64,000 bases of DNA from Candidatus Omnitrophota bacterium (lineage in GTDB: Bacteria > Omnitrophota > Gorgyraeia > VGKH01): assembly GCA_022703055.1 (NCBI GenBank), contig JAKLEP010000003.1, positions 86,238 to 150,237 of the forward strand. The letters are read 5' to 3'. Below are positions 1 through 9,411 of this stretch, piece after piece; within the stretch, counting starts at the first letter, position 1, and every line of letters starts with the position of its first letter. The translations under genes and the position numbers were made by a program. The notes below the pieces were generated by a model that was not told the DNA's origin, searched no databases, and was given only the letters and a program-made list of their open reading frames with translations.

Positions 1-90
1 ATTTTTACCTATGAGCCAATCATTTACCCGTTCAGGATGATAAATAAGCTTATGGCTGTCAATTCTTAAATTATCGTTTATATTCTGCAT
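1..90 (-). CDS. 5' end of an ORF that continues past coordinate 1; possibly a radical-SAM-type sugar-modifying enzyme (identity tentative)
   Basis: ATG at 90..88, 9 nt after the GT9 stop. Translation is MQNINDNLRIDSHKLIYHPERVNDWLIGKN. The family assignment rests only on my recollection of similar N-termini in LPS-locus radical SAM proteins. Confidence 0.3.
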   Translation of the reverse strand, partial: MQNINDNLRIDSHKLIYHPERVNDWLIGKN

Positions 91-99
91 TGTTTGTAT

Positions 100-1033
100 T
101 TAGTCCAGTAATGCCCGTATTTCATGGCCGACTTTCTTAGGATCAATAAAATACATGCAATTTTTTCTACTCCGACAGACAACATTTAAACATGGCATGC
201 AGGAATAATTTACTTTCGGTAATAATTTTACGCCAAGGCCATAAAGATATATTTCTTTATGGGATGTTGGACCAAACAAGGCTATAATTTTTTTTCCTAG
301 CGCTATAGCAATATGAAGCCCTAAACTGTCATTGGTTACAATAAGGCGGCAGGAATTTATCCACTCTATATACTCACGGATATCCTTTAGTCCTTGCTGC
401 CAGGATATTGAGAAATCTTTCTTCATGATATATTCTAATTGCTGCCAATATTGTTTTGGCCAACTTTTATTAGGCCATTTTGGCCCAACCGCCCAATTAA
501 AACCAATATCAAATTTGACCTTAGAATGAGGTTTATATCCGAGCTTATATTTTTCGCCATTCCATTCCTTGCCCAACATATGCATAAGCGCTTGCTGCCA
601 ATATTGCTCATTCTTCCGTTTTTCGGCTAAATCAAAAGAAAGTGCTAAAACACGTTCTGCCCCGTCGTATGATTGAGCTTCGCCGGTAATTTCGTCAAAC
701 CTGAAGCCAAACCTACGCCAGGCATTAATAGAGTCAGACAAGGCACAAACTCCGGGAATTTTTTCAAAATTCAATATAGTATCAAATCTTTCACTCTTAA
801 GCTGCAAAACAGAGCTTAAGTTATAAGCAAGAATCCTGTGTATATATTTATTGCCTTCGAGCAGTGGAAAAGCTTTTTCATCGGTTAGCCAAGTAACATG
901 GTCATTTTTAAAGGCATCCAAAAACAACCGTAGTGCGTAACACATCCCCCAAGCTAATCTCCTTATCTAAATGCCCGTCTAAAGTTTCGCTAAAACCAAT
1001 TTTAATAATAAGTACTTTTGAATGTTTGCGCAT
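100..1033 (-). pseudogene. Glycosyltransferase family 9 (heptosyltransferase-like) gene split by a 1-nt frameshift in an A5 run (920..924)
   Basis: The 281-aa ORF (100..945) carries the GT9 C-terminal signature LIVTNDSLGLHIAIALGKKIIALFGPT. The expected GT9 N-terminus MRKHSKVLIIKIGFSETLDGHLDKEISLGDVLRTTVVF is read from the ATG at 1033 in another frame and stops at 910..908. Removing one A/T from the homopolymer at 920..924 joins them as ...GDVLRTTVVLDAFKNDHVTWLT..., giving about 310 aa. Confidence 0.75.
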
Positions 1034-1060
1034 AATCTTTCCTTTTTTAATTTGCGATAG

Positions 1061-2392
1061 CTATTGTTTAAAGTTCATTAAAAAAACATTAAATATTTTT
1101 TCTATATACTTTAATTTTGTCTTATCAATGCCAGGATATACGCCTACCCAGAAAAGGTTATCCATTACTGAATCAGTATTAGTCAGTTTTCCGCTTACGC
1201 GATATTTGGCCTTTTTGTATGCCGGCTGCTTAATAAGATTTCCTCCGAAAAGCAATCGTGTAGCAATTTTGTTTTTTTCCAAGTAACTTACAATATCTAT
1301 TCGTCTGAATGGAGCTTGTTTCTTCACTAAAATTGGAAACCCAAACCAGCTTGGATCGGAATTTTTAGTTGGTTCCGGCAAAAGCAAATATTTTTGATAT
1401 TTTTCCAAAGATTGTCTCAATGAAGCGAAATTTCTTTTTCGCGCCTTGATAAATCCAGGCAATTTCTCTAATTGGGCAAGACCAACCGCCGCTTGTAAAT
1501 CAGTAATTTTAAGGTTATACCCTATATGTGAATAAACATATTTATGGTCGTATCCATGTGGCAAATCTCCGAATTTTTGGTTAAATCTTTTTTTGCAGGT
1601 ATTATCATACCCTGGTTCACACCAGCAGTCCCTCCCCCAGTCACGAAATGATAAAACAATCCTTCGCAATAATGGATCGTTAGTTAAAACCGCCCCTCCT
1701 TCACCGGTTGTTATATGATGGGCTGGATAAAAACTGCAAGTAGAAATATCCCCGAAAGTTCCGGTATATTTCTTCCGGTATTTTGAACCAAGGCTGTCGC
1801 AGTTATCTTCTATGAACCAAAGTTTATATTTTTTTGCGATAAGCAAAATCTTGTCCAAATCCGCGGGGTTACCAAGCGTATTAGCGATAAAAATAGCTTT
1901 AGTTTTTTTAGAGATAGCCTTTTCAATTTTGTCGGCTTGGATATTATATGTCCCCAGATCGATATCAACAAAAACTGGAACTAAATTATTCTGGATAATA
2001 GGATTTAAGGTAGTTGGAAAACCGCAGGCAGTAGTAATAACTTCATCCCCTCTTCTAAGCCTACGACCTTTTAGTAGCGGAGAAGTCAAGGCAGAAACTG
2101 CCAAAAGATTGGCGGAAGAACCTGAGTTAACAAGCAGGCAATGCTTTACCCCTAGAAACTTTGCCAGACGTCTTTCGAATTCACGTGCGTTTTTGCCAGC
2201 AGTCAACCAGAAATCCAAAGAAGCATCGACAAGGTTTATGAGTTCTTTTTCATTATAGGTTCGTCCGGCATACAAAACCGCATCCTTACCTTTAATAAAT
2301 TTAAACGATCCTTTGCGGATTTTGTATAATTCTTTTATTCGCGAGAATATTTCACTTTTTATTTGTTTTTCTTTTTTTATCATTTTTTTCAA
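1061..2392 (-). CDS. rfbH: CDP-6-deoxy-D-xylo-4-hexulose-3-dehydrase (E1; RfbH/DdhC), DegT/DnrJ/EryC1 family
   Basis: 443 aa. The blocks LVNSGSSANLLAVSALTSP, GDEVITTACGFPTTLNPIIQN, IANTLGNP and WFIEDNCDSLGS match my recollection of RfbH. It sits next to rfbF and an rfbG-like gene. Confidence 0.85.
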   Translation of the reverse strand: MKKMIKKEKQIKSEIFSRIKELYKIRKGSFKFIKGKDAVLYAGRTYNEKELINLVDASLDFWLTAGKNAREFERRLAKFLGVKHCLLVNSGSSANLLAVSALTSPLLKGRRLRRGDEVITTACGFPTTLNPIIQNNLVPVFVDIDLGTYNIQADKIEKAISKKTKAIFIANTLGNPADLDKILLIAKKYKLWFIEDNCDSLGSKYRKKYTGTFGDISTCSFYPAHHITTGEGGAVLTNDPLLRRIVLSFRDWGRDCWCEPGYDNTCKKRFNQKFGDLPHGYDHKYVYSHIGYNLKITDLQAAVGLAQLEKLPGFIKARKRNFASLRQSLEKYQKYLLLPEPTKNSDPSWFGFPILVKKQAPFRRIDIVSYLEKNKIATRLLFGGNLIKQPAYKKAKYRVSGKLTNTDSVMDNLFWVGVYPGIDKTKLKYIEKIFNVFLMNFKQ

Positions 2393-2425
2393 TCTTTACG
2401 TTGCTACTAAATTTTATGAATGAAA

Positions 2426-4168
2426 CTACTTCAATAAGGGAATTAACATATATTTAGAAATTCTTTCTTTTTCTACCTCTGGCAATTGTCCTTCGAGAGG
2501 GTTACCTGGTTTAATTTTTGGATACCCAGCCCAAGAATAATGAACATCAAGCTCCAAAATCGCAGGGCCGTTATGAGATAATAGCCATTTTAATCCATCT
2601 GCTATGTCTGGATTGCTCGCTATTCTTTTTGACTCAATTCCGTAGGCTTGGGCTATCTTTCTTACATCAGGACAGCTATAGCCATCTTCGGTAGCGGGAT
2701 GCTTGCCTCCTGAAAAATTCTCGTTCTGGAAATGCCACATTAAACCTAATATTTTGTTATTTAAAACTATTATCTTAATAGGAACTCGATTGTGCACGAT
2801 CGTCTGCAGTTCTGGCAGACTCATTTGAAAACCGCCGTCTCCAACAATTGCGATTATTTGGCGATCCGGACAGGCAAAGTACGCTCCAATTCCTGCAGGT
2901 ATAGCAAATCCCATGGTACCCAATCCTCCGGAAGTGAGAAAACGTTGTTCAGATTTAATTTTTAGCTCTTGTGCTGACCAGACCTGGTTGTTACCCACGT
3001 CAGTAAGAAATATTGCGTTGCTATTCGCCAGTTCAGATAGTGAGCGTAAAAACTTTTTCGGGTTTACGCCTTTGTCGCTCCCAACCCCATCTATATCAAA
3101 ATCGGCCTTCACGTTTTTAATATACTTTAACCAATCTTGATTTTTCCCCTTGTCTTGAGGCTTAATAGACTTAAGCACTTTTTCTAAGAAAATTCTAAGA
3201 TCAGATTGGATCGCTACATCGCATTTAATAGTGTTATTAAGCTCGTTTCTGTCTATATCTACGTGGATCTTCTTTGCTGCGCGAGCAAATGTCTTGGGAT
3301 TTGCCGTCTGGCGGCTATCCAGCCGCGAACCTAAAGCGATTACTAAATCACAGTTAGCCAAGGTTAAATTCGCATAGCGATTTCCGTAGCTACCGATAAA
3401 ACCGACAAACAAAGGATGGTCATGCGGGAAAGAATCTTTTCCCATCAAAGAAACCACTACGGGTAACTGCAAGTATTCAGCAAATTTAACCAGCAAATCG
3501 TGACTTTTAGAAATCCTTACTCCGCCGCCGACTAACACAACCGGTCTCTTGGAGGATTGGATTAAATCTAGAATGGTATCAAGTTCTTTATCGAACACGG
3601 GATTATCTTGTTCTAATATAACGGGAGAATTCAGTTCTTCTTCGTTCACTTCGCGCCTCTGGATATCTGAAGGGATATCAAGCAATGACGGTCCGGGACG
3701 GCCAAATTTCGCTATCGCAATGCTTTTTTTCAGCATTTCGGCCATTTCTTTTTCTGTACTCGCCAAAGAAGCATACTTGGTGATAGGCTTTACGACACTT
3801 ACGATATCTGTTTCTTGATATCCTAGTTGACGAACCGGCCGCTCGAATTTATAAGTTGAAGTTGTAACTTGGCTCGTTAAAAAAAGTACCGGAACCGAAT
3901 CAAAATAGGTATCGGCGATCCCGGTAATTAAATTTGTGGCTCCGGGGCCACTCATGGTTGCTGCAACGCCTAGGCGGCCAGAAGCCCGCGCATATCCATC
4001 GGCAGCAAAAGCGGCATTTTCCTCATGCCGCATAGCAATAAAATCTATGCCATCAGTCTTACTAATAGCATCGAGCAGCCAAGCGTTTGTCCCTCCTGCA
4101 TAAGTGAAAACATGCGAAACCTTTTCATGATTAATTAGATAATGTAAAATAAAATCTACCCCTCTCAT
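2426..4168 (-). CDS. Thiamine-diphosphate-dependent enzyme of the acetolactate-synthase large-subunit family; YerE-like sugar-branching role proposed from context
   Basis: 580 aa. N-terminal Pyr domain (YAGGTNAWLLDA...GPGATNLITGIADTYFDS) and C-terminal PP domain with GDGGFQMSLPELQT. It lies between an SDR gene and rfbH inside a CDP-sugar cluster. Confidence 0.8.
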   Translation of the reverse strand: MRGVDFILHYLINHEKVSHVFTYAGGTNAWLLDAISKTDGIDFIAMRHEENAAFAADGYARASGRLGVAATMSGPGATNLITGIADTYFDSVPVLFLTSQVTTSTYKFERPVRQLGYQETDIVSVVKPITKYASLASTEKEMAEMLKKSIAIAKFGRPGPSLLDIPSDIQRREVNEEELNSPVILEQDNPVFDKELDTILDLIQSSKRPVVLVGGGVRISKSHDLLVKFAEYLQLPVVVSLMGKDSFPHDHPLFVGFIGSYGNRYANLTLANCDLVIALGSRLDSRQTANPKTFARAAKKIHVDIDRNELNNTIKCDVAIQSDLRIFLEKVLKSIKPQDKGKNQDWLKYIKNVKADFDIDGVGSDKGVNPKKFLRSLSELANSNAIFLTDVGNNQVWSAQELKIKSEQRFLTSGGLGTMGFAIPAGIGAYFACPDRQIIAIVGDGGFQMSLPELQTIVHNRVPIKIIVLNNKILGLMWHFQNENFSGGKHPATEDGYSCPDVRKIAQAYGIESKRIASNPDIADGLKWLLSHNGPAILELDVHYSWAGYPKIKPGNPLEGQLPEVEKERISKYMLIPLLK

Positions 4169-4184
4169 TTTTCTCCTTCCATTA

Positions 4185-5249
4185 TTATCGATTTATTTTT
4201 TTATCCTGGCGCGCCCAAGCGACTGTTCTTGTTACCGCCTCACTTAAATCAAAATTGGGATAAAAATTCAATTCAGATTTAATCCGATTAATATTGGGAA
4301 TGTACCTCGCAGGCTTCTGTCCCGGTTGAGGTTTTTGTTTTACTTCAATTTTGACTTTTTCGCCTAAAACAGATACTACCATTTGCGCTAACTCAAGGAT
4401 TGAGATTGCTTTTTCTGAACCGATATTATATATTCGTCCTTTATCTGCATTAAGCAGAATCTTCCACAATGCAACTGCTAGATCGGCTCCGTAGCAATAG
4501 CTTCGTAACGGAGCGCCATCGCCTTCAATACGAATTACTCCTCCGTTTAACCCCTGAGAGATAAATTGCGTTATTGCGAAACCAGCATCAAGGCTTTGAT
4601 AGGGACCGACAAACGTAAACGGGCGTGCCGTCACAATGGAAATCCCTGAAAGATGAGAAAATATAGAGCATAACATTTCCGCAAAACGCTTTGCCTCGCC
4701 ATATGCGAAAGCCGGGTTCGCGATATTAGGCCCCCCTGAATAATCTTCTGGAATTTGAGGTAAATCCGGAGGTTGTACCCCATATACCGCTCCTGAACTA
4801 ATATATAAAAACCGGCCTATTTTATGCTCTGCGGACTGCTGCAAAATATGACTGGTTCCATTTGTAATTATATCTATGGTTTCTAGCCTGTTACGATTCA
4901 CTTCCAACGGATCAACCGGCGAAGCGGCGTGAATAACATAATCAAAATGCTCCTGGGGAAATACAAATGTGCGTACATCGCCGCTTATTATTTTAATATC
5001 CTGGCGGTTAAAAAGGTATGGTGCGATATCAACTAACCGTTTAGGATTACGCGCTACTGCAGTTACTTGACAAGGCAATGTGTTATACAAATCATTGAAC
5101 AAAGCAACAGTATTTAATAAATGAGTGCCAATAAACCCTGTCGCTCCGGTAAGCAGTATTTTTTTGTTCTGCAATTGGGCTATGTCATTACCTAAGGATT
5201 TAATAATGAAATCCGTATCCTGCTTTATTATATTTTCCATATTCATCAT
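4185..5249 (-). CDS. NAD-dependent epimerase/dehydratase (extended SDR), sugar-nucleotide modifying
   Basis: Rossmann motif LLTGATGFIGTHL and a YGEAK catalytic-type motif; 354 aa; within the sugar cluster. Confidence 0.7.
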   Translation of the reverse strand: MMNMENIIKQDTDFIIKSLGNDIAQLQNKKILLTGATGFIGTHLLNTVALFNDLYNTLPCQVTAVARNPKRLVDIAPYLFNRQDIKIISGDVRTFVFPQEHFDYVIHAASPVDPLEVNRNRLETIDIITNGTSHILQQSAEHKIGRFLYISSGAVYGVQPPDLPQIPEDYSGGPNIANPAFAYGEAKRFAEMLCSIFSHLSGISIVTARPFTFVGPYQSLDAGFAITQFISQGLNGGVIRIEGDGAPLRSYCYGADLAVALWKILLNADKGRIYNIGSEKAISILELAQMVVSVLGEKVKIEVKQKPQPGQKPARYIPNINRIKSELNFYPNFDLSEAVTRTVAWARQDKKINR

Positions 5250-5265
5250 ATAACCTTTTTACCTG

Positions 5266-6240
5266 TTACCTTGAAAGTGTTTTATACCAATCAATAGTCT
5301 TATTAATACCATTTTTCAATGAATACCTCGGCTGCCATCCCAGGATCTCTTTTGATTTCTTAGACGATAAATACTGATTCCTTATTTCATATCTTGCTTG
5401 GTTTAATACCCGAAAATTTGGTTTTTTATTGAATGATTCATATATAATCTTTACAAGTTTTAAAACAGAGATGGGATTTTCATTGCTAAAATTTAAAGCT
5501 TCCCCATATTGCTTTGATTTTCGTATTTTTTCTGCTAAAAGCAAATATGCGTCTACAATGTCGTCTATAAAGATGTAATCTCTGATAAACTTTCCGTCAC
5601 TGCGAATCATTAATCGCCTATCGGTTAAAGCACATCTGATGGCATCCGGCACTATCCGATTGAAATTGAAGTCGCCGGGGCCATAAATATTTCCACATCT
5701 GGTTATCGCTACCGGCAGTCCAAAAGTGTGGAAATATGCATAAGTAATCAAGTCGGCACAGCTCTTGGAAACATCATAGGGATGTTCTCCCCGTAGTGGC
5801 GTGTCTTCTTTATAGGGCAATTTCTTGTGGCTTCCGTAAGCCTTGTCGCTTGAAGCCACAACAATTGATTTGACTGTCTTTGTATATCTGCATACCTCCA
5901 GTAATTCCCATGTCCCTTTTATGTTAGAAATGAATGTTTTTCTTGGATTTTGCAAGCATTTGCCCACAATTGCTTCCGCCGCCAGATGAAAAACTACTTC
6001 TATCTTATTTTTCTCAATAATGTTCTTTATTAGGTGATAATCGGCAATGCTCCCTTTTATTACCTTGATTTTATTATAGTCCGAAGGGCAAAGAATCGTT
6101 TCTTTGCGCCTAACCTTAATATCTAGACCGACAACATCTGCTCCTAGTGAAATTAATTTTTTCGTCAAGTTAGAGCCCAAAAAACCTTCATAACCGGAAA
6201 TAAAAACTTTTTTATTCTTCCAAAATTTTTTATTTATCAT
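5266..6240 (-). CDS. CDP-glucose 4,6-dehydratase-like extended SDR (RfbG family, tentative)
   Basis: The N-terminus FWKNKKVFISGYEGFLGSNL resembles the RfbG FWxGKxVFVTGxTGFKG block. YDVSKSCADL (YxxxK) is present. The gene is immediately downstream of rfbF. At 324 aa it is shorter than typical RfbG. Confidence 0.6.
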   Translation of the reverse strand: MINKKFWKNKKVFISGYEGFLGSNLTKKLISLGADVVGLDIKVRRKETILCPSDYNKIKVIKGSIADYHLIKNIIEKNKIEVVFHLAAEAIVGKCLQNPRKTFISNIKGTWELLEVCRYTKTVKSIVVASSDKAYGSHKKLPYKEDTPLRGEHPYDVSKSCADLITYAYFHTFGLPVAITRCGNIYGPGDFNFNRIVPDAIRCALTDRRLMIRSDGKFIRDYIFIDDIVDAYLLLAEKIRKSKQYGEALNFSNENPISVLKLVKIIYESFNKKPNFRVLNQARYEIRNQYLSSKKSKEILGWQPRYSLKNGINKTIDWYKTLSR

Positions 6241-6248
6241 CTATTATC

Positions 6249-7025
6249 CTATTCCCACGTCTTCCAAGGAGCCCTGCCGGTTTGCCACAGCTGCTCTAAC
6301 CTGATTTTATCCCTTAAAGTATCCATGTAGTCCCAGAATCCATTATGTTTATAAGCCACCAATTGATTATTGTGGCCTAGATCTTGCAAAGGTTTTTTTT
6401 CCCATATGGTCGCATCTCCTGACCTTATATACTCTAGAACCTCAGGCTCAAGCACAAAAAACCCACCGTTAATCCATGAACCTTCATTTTTTGGTTTTTC
6501 TAAAAAATCATGAATAACATCGTTATCGTTGATACCTAATACGCCGAATCTCCCCGCTGCCTGGATCGCCGTCAATGTCGCCAATTTCTTGTGTTCTCTG
6601 TGGAACTTAAGCAATTCTTTTATATTTAAATCTGTCAGGCCATCGCCATAAGTCATCATGAACGTCTCTTTTCCGATATATTTTTCTATCCTTTTAAGGC
6701 GGCCGCCTGTCATCGTATCGATTCCCGTATCTACCAAAGTAATCTTCCAGGGCTCAGAAGCAGTATTATGGATAATGGTGTCGTTTGCCTTCATATCAAT
6801 TGTCACGTCACTCATATGAAGGAAATAATGCGAAAAATATTCTTTAATCATATAACCAAGGTAACCTAAGCAGACTACGAAGTCATTGAAGCCATAGTGA
6901 GAATAAATTTTCATAATATGCCAGATTATTGGTTTGCCGCCAATTTCTACCATTGGCTTGGGTTTAATTTCTGTCTCTTCGCTTATTCTTGTTCCTCTGC
7001 CACCGGCCAAGATAACTACTTTCAT
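6249..7025 (-). CDS. rfbF: Glucose-1-phosphate cytidylyltransferase
   Basis: 258 aa. MKVVILAGGRGTRISEETEIKPKPMVEIGGKPIIWHIMK, TMTGGRLKR and the C-terminal LWQTGRAPWKTWE match RfbF end to end. Confidence 0.9.
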   Translation of the reverse strand: MKVVILAGGRGTRISEETEIKPKPMVEIGGKPIIWHIMKIYSHYGFNDFVVCLGYLGYMIKEYFSHYFLHMSDVTIDMKANDTIIHNTASEPWKITLVDTGIDTMTGGRLKRIEKYIGKETFMMTYGDGLTDLNIKELLKFHREHKKLATLTAIQAAGRFGVLGINDNDVIHDFLEKPKNEGSWINGGFFVLEPEVLEYIRSGDATIWEKKPLQDLGHNNQLVAYKHNGFWDYMDTLRDKIRLEQLWQTGRAPWKTWE

Positions 7026-7063
7026 CTTTTCTAACCTCGCTTTAAATTTTTTTAAGTCTAATT

Positions 7064-7801
7064 TTAAACCCTCAACATCATTTCATCTTTTGTAGAAATA
7101 GTGTTAAAAAATATCTTTTTTGCGCAATTTTCTGCCAAAATACGCTTCTTAAGATTAGGATAATAATAAGCATCGAAATGAATCAAGGCTAACTTCTTAG
7201 CATTGGCTTTCTTTGCAACTCTTGCCGCCGACTCAGGATTAAGATGGGGCCAAGAATTTGCTTGCTGACCAGGCCGATAGGCACATTCGGCAATCAGAAG
7301 GTCTGCATTTTCTGCCAGTCTATACAAATTAGGACAGATACCGGTATCGGCAGCGTAAGCGACAGTTCTGCCCTTGCTAGTCAGACGATAACCATGGACA
7401 AAAGTTGAATGTCTTAGCTTAAAAGACTTAATATCAAAGGGGAGAGAATTAGGGCAAAATTCTTTAACCTTAACTGGAATTTTTAACTTTTTAAAGGGAA
7501 TACTGTAAGGATAATTTATTATTTTCTTTAAAAGCGGGCTTTTCAGAGATGGAACCATTATGGTGATTCCCTGCGAAAATCTGAATTTTGCCAAAATATG
7601 CAGACCGGCAATATGATCAAGATGAAAATGGCTTAAGAAAATATAGATTGGCTTGTTATCTTTTATATACCGATCCAATTTATAGATACCATTGCCGGCA
7701 TCAAAAACGATATGTCCTTTACCAGTTTGAACCAAAATACAAATTGTATTTCCTGTCTTAGTATCGTACCAGCCGTTTGTTCCCAGAAATATAACTTTCA
7801 T
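7064..7801 (-). CDS. MBL-fold metallo-hydrolase
   Basis: HxHxDH motif in FLSHFHLDHIAGL; 245 aa. Confidence 0.75.
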   Translation of the reverse strand: MKVIFLGTNGWYDTKTGNTICILVQTGKGHIVFDAGNGIYKLDRYIKDNKPIYIFLSHFHLDHIAGLHILAKFRFSQGITIMVPSLKSPLLKKIINYPYSIPFKKLKIPVKVKEFCPNSLPFDIKSFKLRHSTFVHGYRLTSKGRTVAYAADTGICPNLYRLAENADLLIAECAYRPGQQANSWPHLNPESAARVAKKANAKKLALIHFDAYYYPNLKKRILAENCAKKIFFNTISTKDEMMLRV

Positions 7802-7807
7802 ATTTAA

Positions 7808-8851
7808 TTAGTCTCTTTTCCACCATCTACCGGGAAATCTTTCCTTTAAGATTTTATCTCCTTCTCCCACGGGATTAAGTCCCAATGCACGCATATCCGC
7901 ATCCATCATTATCTTAACCAACTCTTTGAAAATAATTTTTGGTTTCCAATTAAATTTTTCCTTGGCCTTTGTTACATTAGCTATCAAAGAGTCTACTTCT
8001 GTCGGCCTAAAATACCTCTTATCAATTTTTACATATTTTTGCCAGCGTAGACCTACATAAGAAAATGATTCTTCAGCGAATTCCTTAACTGAATGCGATT
8101 CCCCTGTTCCTAAAACAAAATCTTCAGGATTGTCCTGCTGTAACATCTTATGCATTGCCTCGCAATATTCTGGTGTATATCCCCAATCCCTTTTAGCTTC
8201 GAGGTTGCCTAAATATAAAAAATCTTGTTTTTTTGCCAGAATTGCGGCCACAGCGCGTGTTATTTTACGACTAACAAAAGTTTCTCCACGACGAGGGCTT
8301 TCATGATTAAAAAGTATTCCATTGCAAGCAAAGATATTGAATCCGTCTCGATAGTTTTTCGCCATCCAGTAAGCGTAAACCTTAGCGCAAGCATAAGGAC
8401 TTCTTGGCATAAAACTGCTTTCTTCGTTTTGGGGAGGCTGTGAAGAACCAAACATCTCGCTAGAAGAAGCCTGATAAAATTTTACCCGCTTTGAGCTTCT
8501 TTTTATTGCTTCCAAAATCCTAGTGGTTCCCAATGCCGTAACATTACCAGTGTATTCAGGCACATCAAAACTTACTCTTACATGAGACTGCGCTCCCAAA
8601 TGATAGATTTCATCCGGTTTTATGTTATAAATCATATTGGATATTTGTTCAGAATCCGAAAGATCACCATAATGAAGAAAAAAATTCACGTTTGTGTCAT
8701 GAGGATCGACATATATATGATCAATCCTAGCAGTGTTAAAAGTACTTGCCCGCCTAATAATCCCATGGACTTCATAGTTTTTACTTAGTAAAAATTCAGC
8801 CAAATACGAACCATCTTGACCGGTAATGCCTGTTATCAGTGCTTTTTTCAT
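7808..8851 (-). CDS. gmd: GDP-mannose 4,6-dehydratase
   Basis: [46 protein letters not shown] and [11 protein letters not shown]. The likely start is the ATG at 8851 (MKKALITG). The ORF-track start at 8875 is an upstream TTG. Confidence 0.9.
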   Translation of the reverse strand: MKKALITGITGQDGSYLAEFLLSKNYEVHGIIRRASTFNTARIDHIYVDPHDTNVNFFLHYGDLSDSEQISNMIYNIKPDEIYHLGAQSHVRVSFDVPEYTGNVTALGTTRILEAIKRSSKRVKFYQASSSEMFGSSQPPQNEESSFMPRSPYACAKVYAYWMAKNYRDGFNIFACNGILFNHESPRRGETFVSRKITRAVAAILAKKQDFLYLGNLEAKRDWGYTPEYCEAMHKMLQQDNPEDFVLGTGESHSVKEFAEESFSYVGLRWQKYVKIDKRYFRPTEVDSLIANVTKAKEKFNWKPKIIFKELVKIMMDADMRALGLNPVGEGDKILKERFPGRWWKRD

Positions 8852-8884
8852 ATTTTTTCCAAAATTGATAATCAAAAACTTATT

Positions 8885-9259
8885 TTATTTCTCACTCATC
8901 ATCTCAATGTCATTTTTTGCTTCTAGTAAATCGTCCACACTCTTTTTTAATGACTCAATTTCAGTTTTTAATCTATCAAATTCCTCAATTTTTCTTTTTA
9001 AAAATCTATAAGTTAATATGGTCTTCTGCTGAATTCCGTAAGGTGTAAGATGGTAAAGGTATGACGATTTGGCGTGCGAGTTTCTGAAGCGCTTAATCTT
9101 TATTAACCCTTTGTCGATTAAAACTTTAATTAGGAAGTTGATTTTACCGAGACTGATATTAAGGTCGCGCGAGAGTACTCTTTGCGACGTCTCGTTTGTG
9201 GAATGAATCTTTTCAAGGAGTTTTAGGACTTCCTCCTTCTCCAGGTGGGGAGCGTTCAT
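8885..9259 (-). CDS. EPS-associated MarR-family transcriptional regulator (winged HTH)
   Basis: 124 aa. SQRVLSRDLNISLGKINFLIKVLIDKGLIKIKRFRNSHAKSSYLYHLTPYGI matches the MarR_EPS pattern. It is the first gene of the sugar cluster. Confidence 0.7.
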   Translation of the reverse strand: MNAPHLEKEEVLKLLEKIHSTNETSQRVLSRDLNISLGKINFLIKVLIDKGLIKIKRFRNSHAKSSYLYHLTPYGIQQKTILTYRFLKRKIEEFDRLKTEIESLKKSVDDLLEAKNDIEMMSEK

Positions 9260-9268
9260 TAGTTGAAC

Positions 9269-9296
9269 ATTATACCTTTTAAGTTGATTATGTCAA
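9269..9296 (-). promoter_or_regulatory. Consensus sigma70-type promoter TTGACA-16 nt-TATAAT; only 9 nt separate the -10 box from the MarR ATG
   Basis: Minus strand reads TTGACA (9296..9291), a 16-nt spacer, TATAAT (9274..9269), then GTTCAACTA and the ATG at 9259. There is no SD. Confidence 0.5.
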
Positions 9297-9312
9297 GCAA
9301 ATCTTGTGTAGG

Positions 9313-9345
9313 AAAAAGGGCGAATTTCATTATGGAAATCCGCCC
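9313..9345 (-). terminator. Rho-independent terminator after yjbQ
   Basis: Minus strand reads GGGCGGATTTC-CATAAT-GAAATTCGCCC: an 11-bp stem with one G-U pair, followed by TTTTT. Confidence 0.55.
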
Positions 9346-9411
9346 TAACCCTCTGTTTTCTAATATGTTTTATGCTTGAATTAATTCAAATGTTCAGATT
9401 TTGAACAATTA

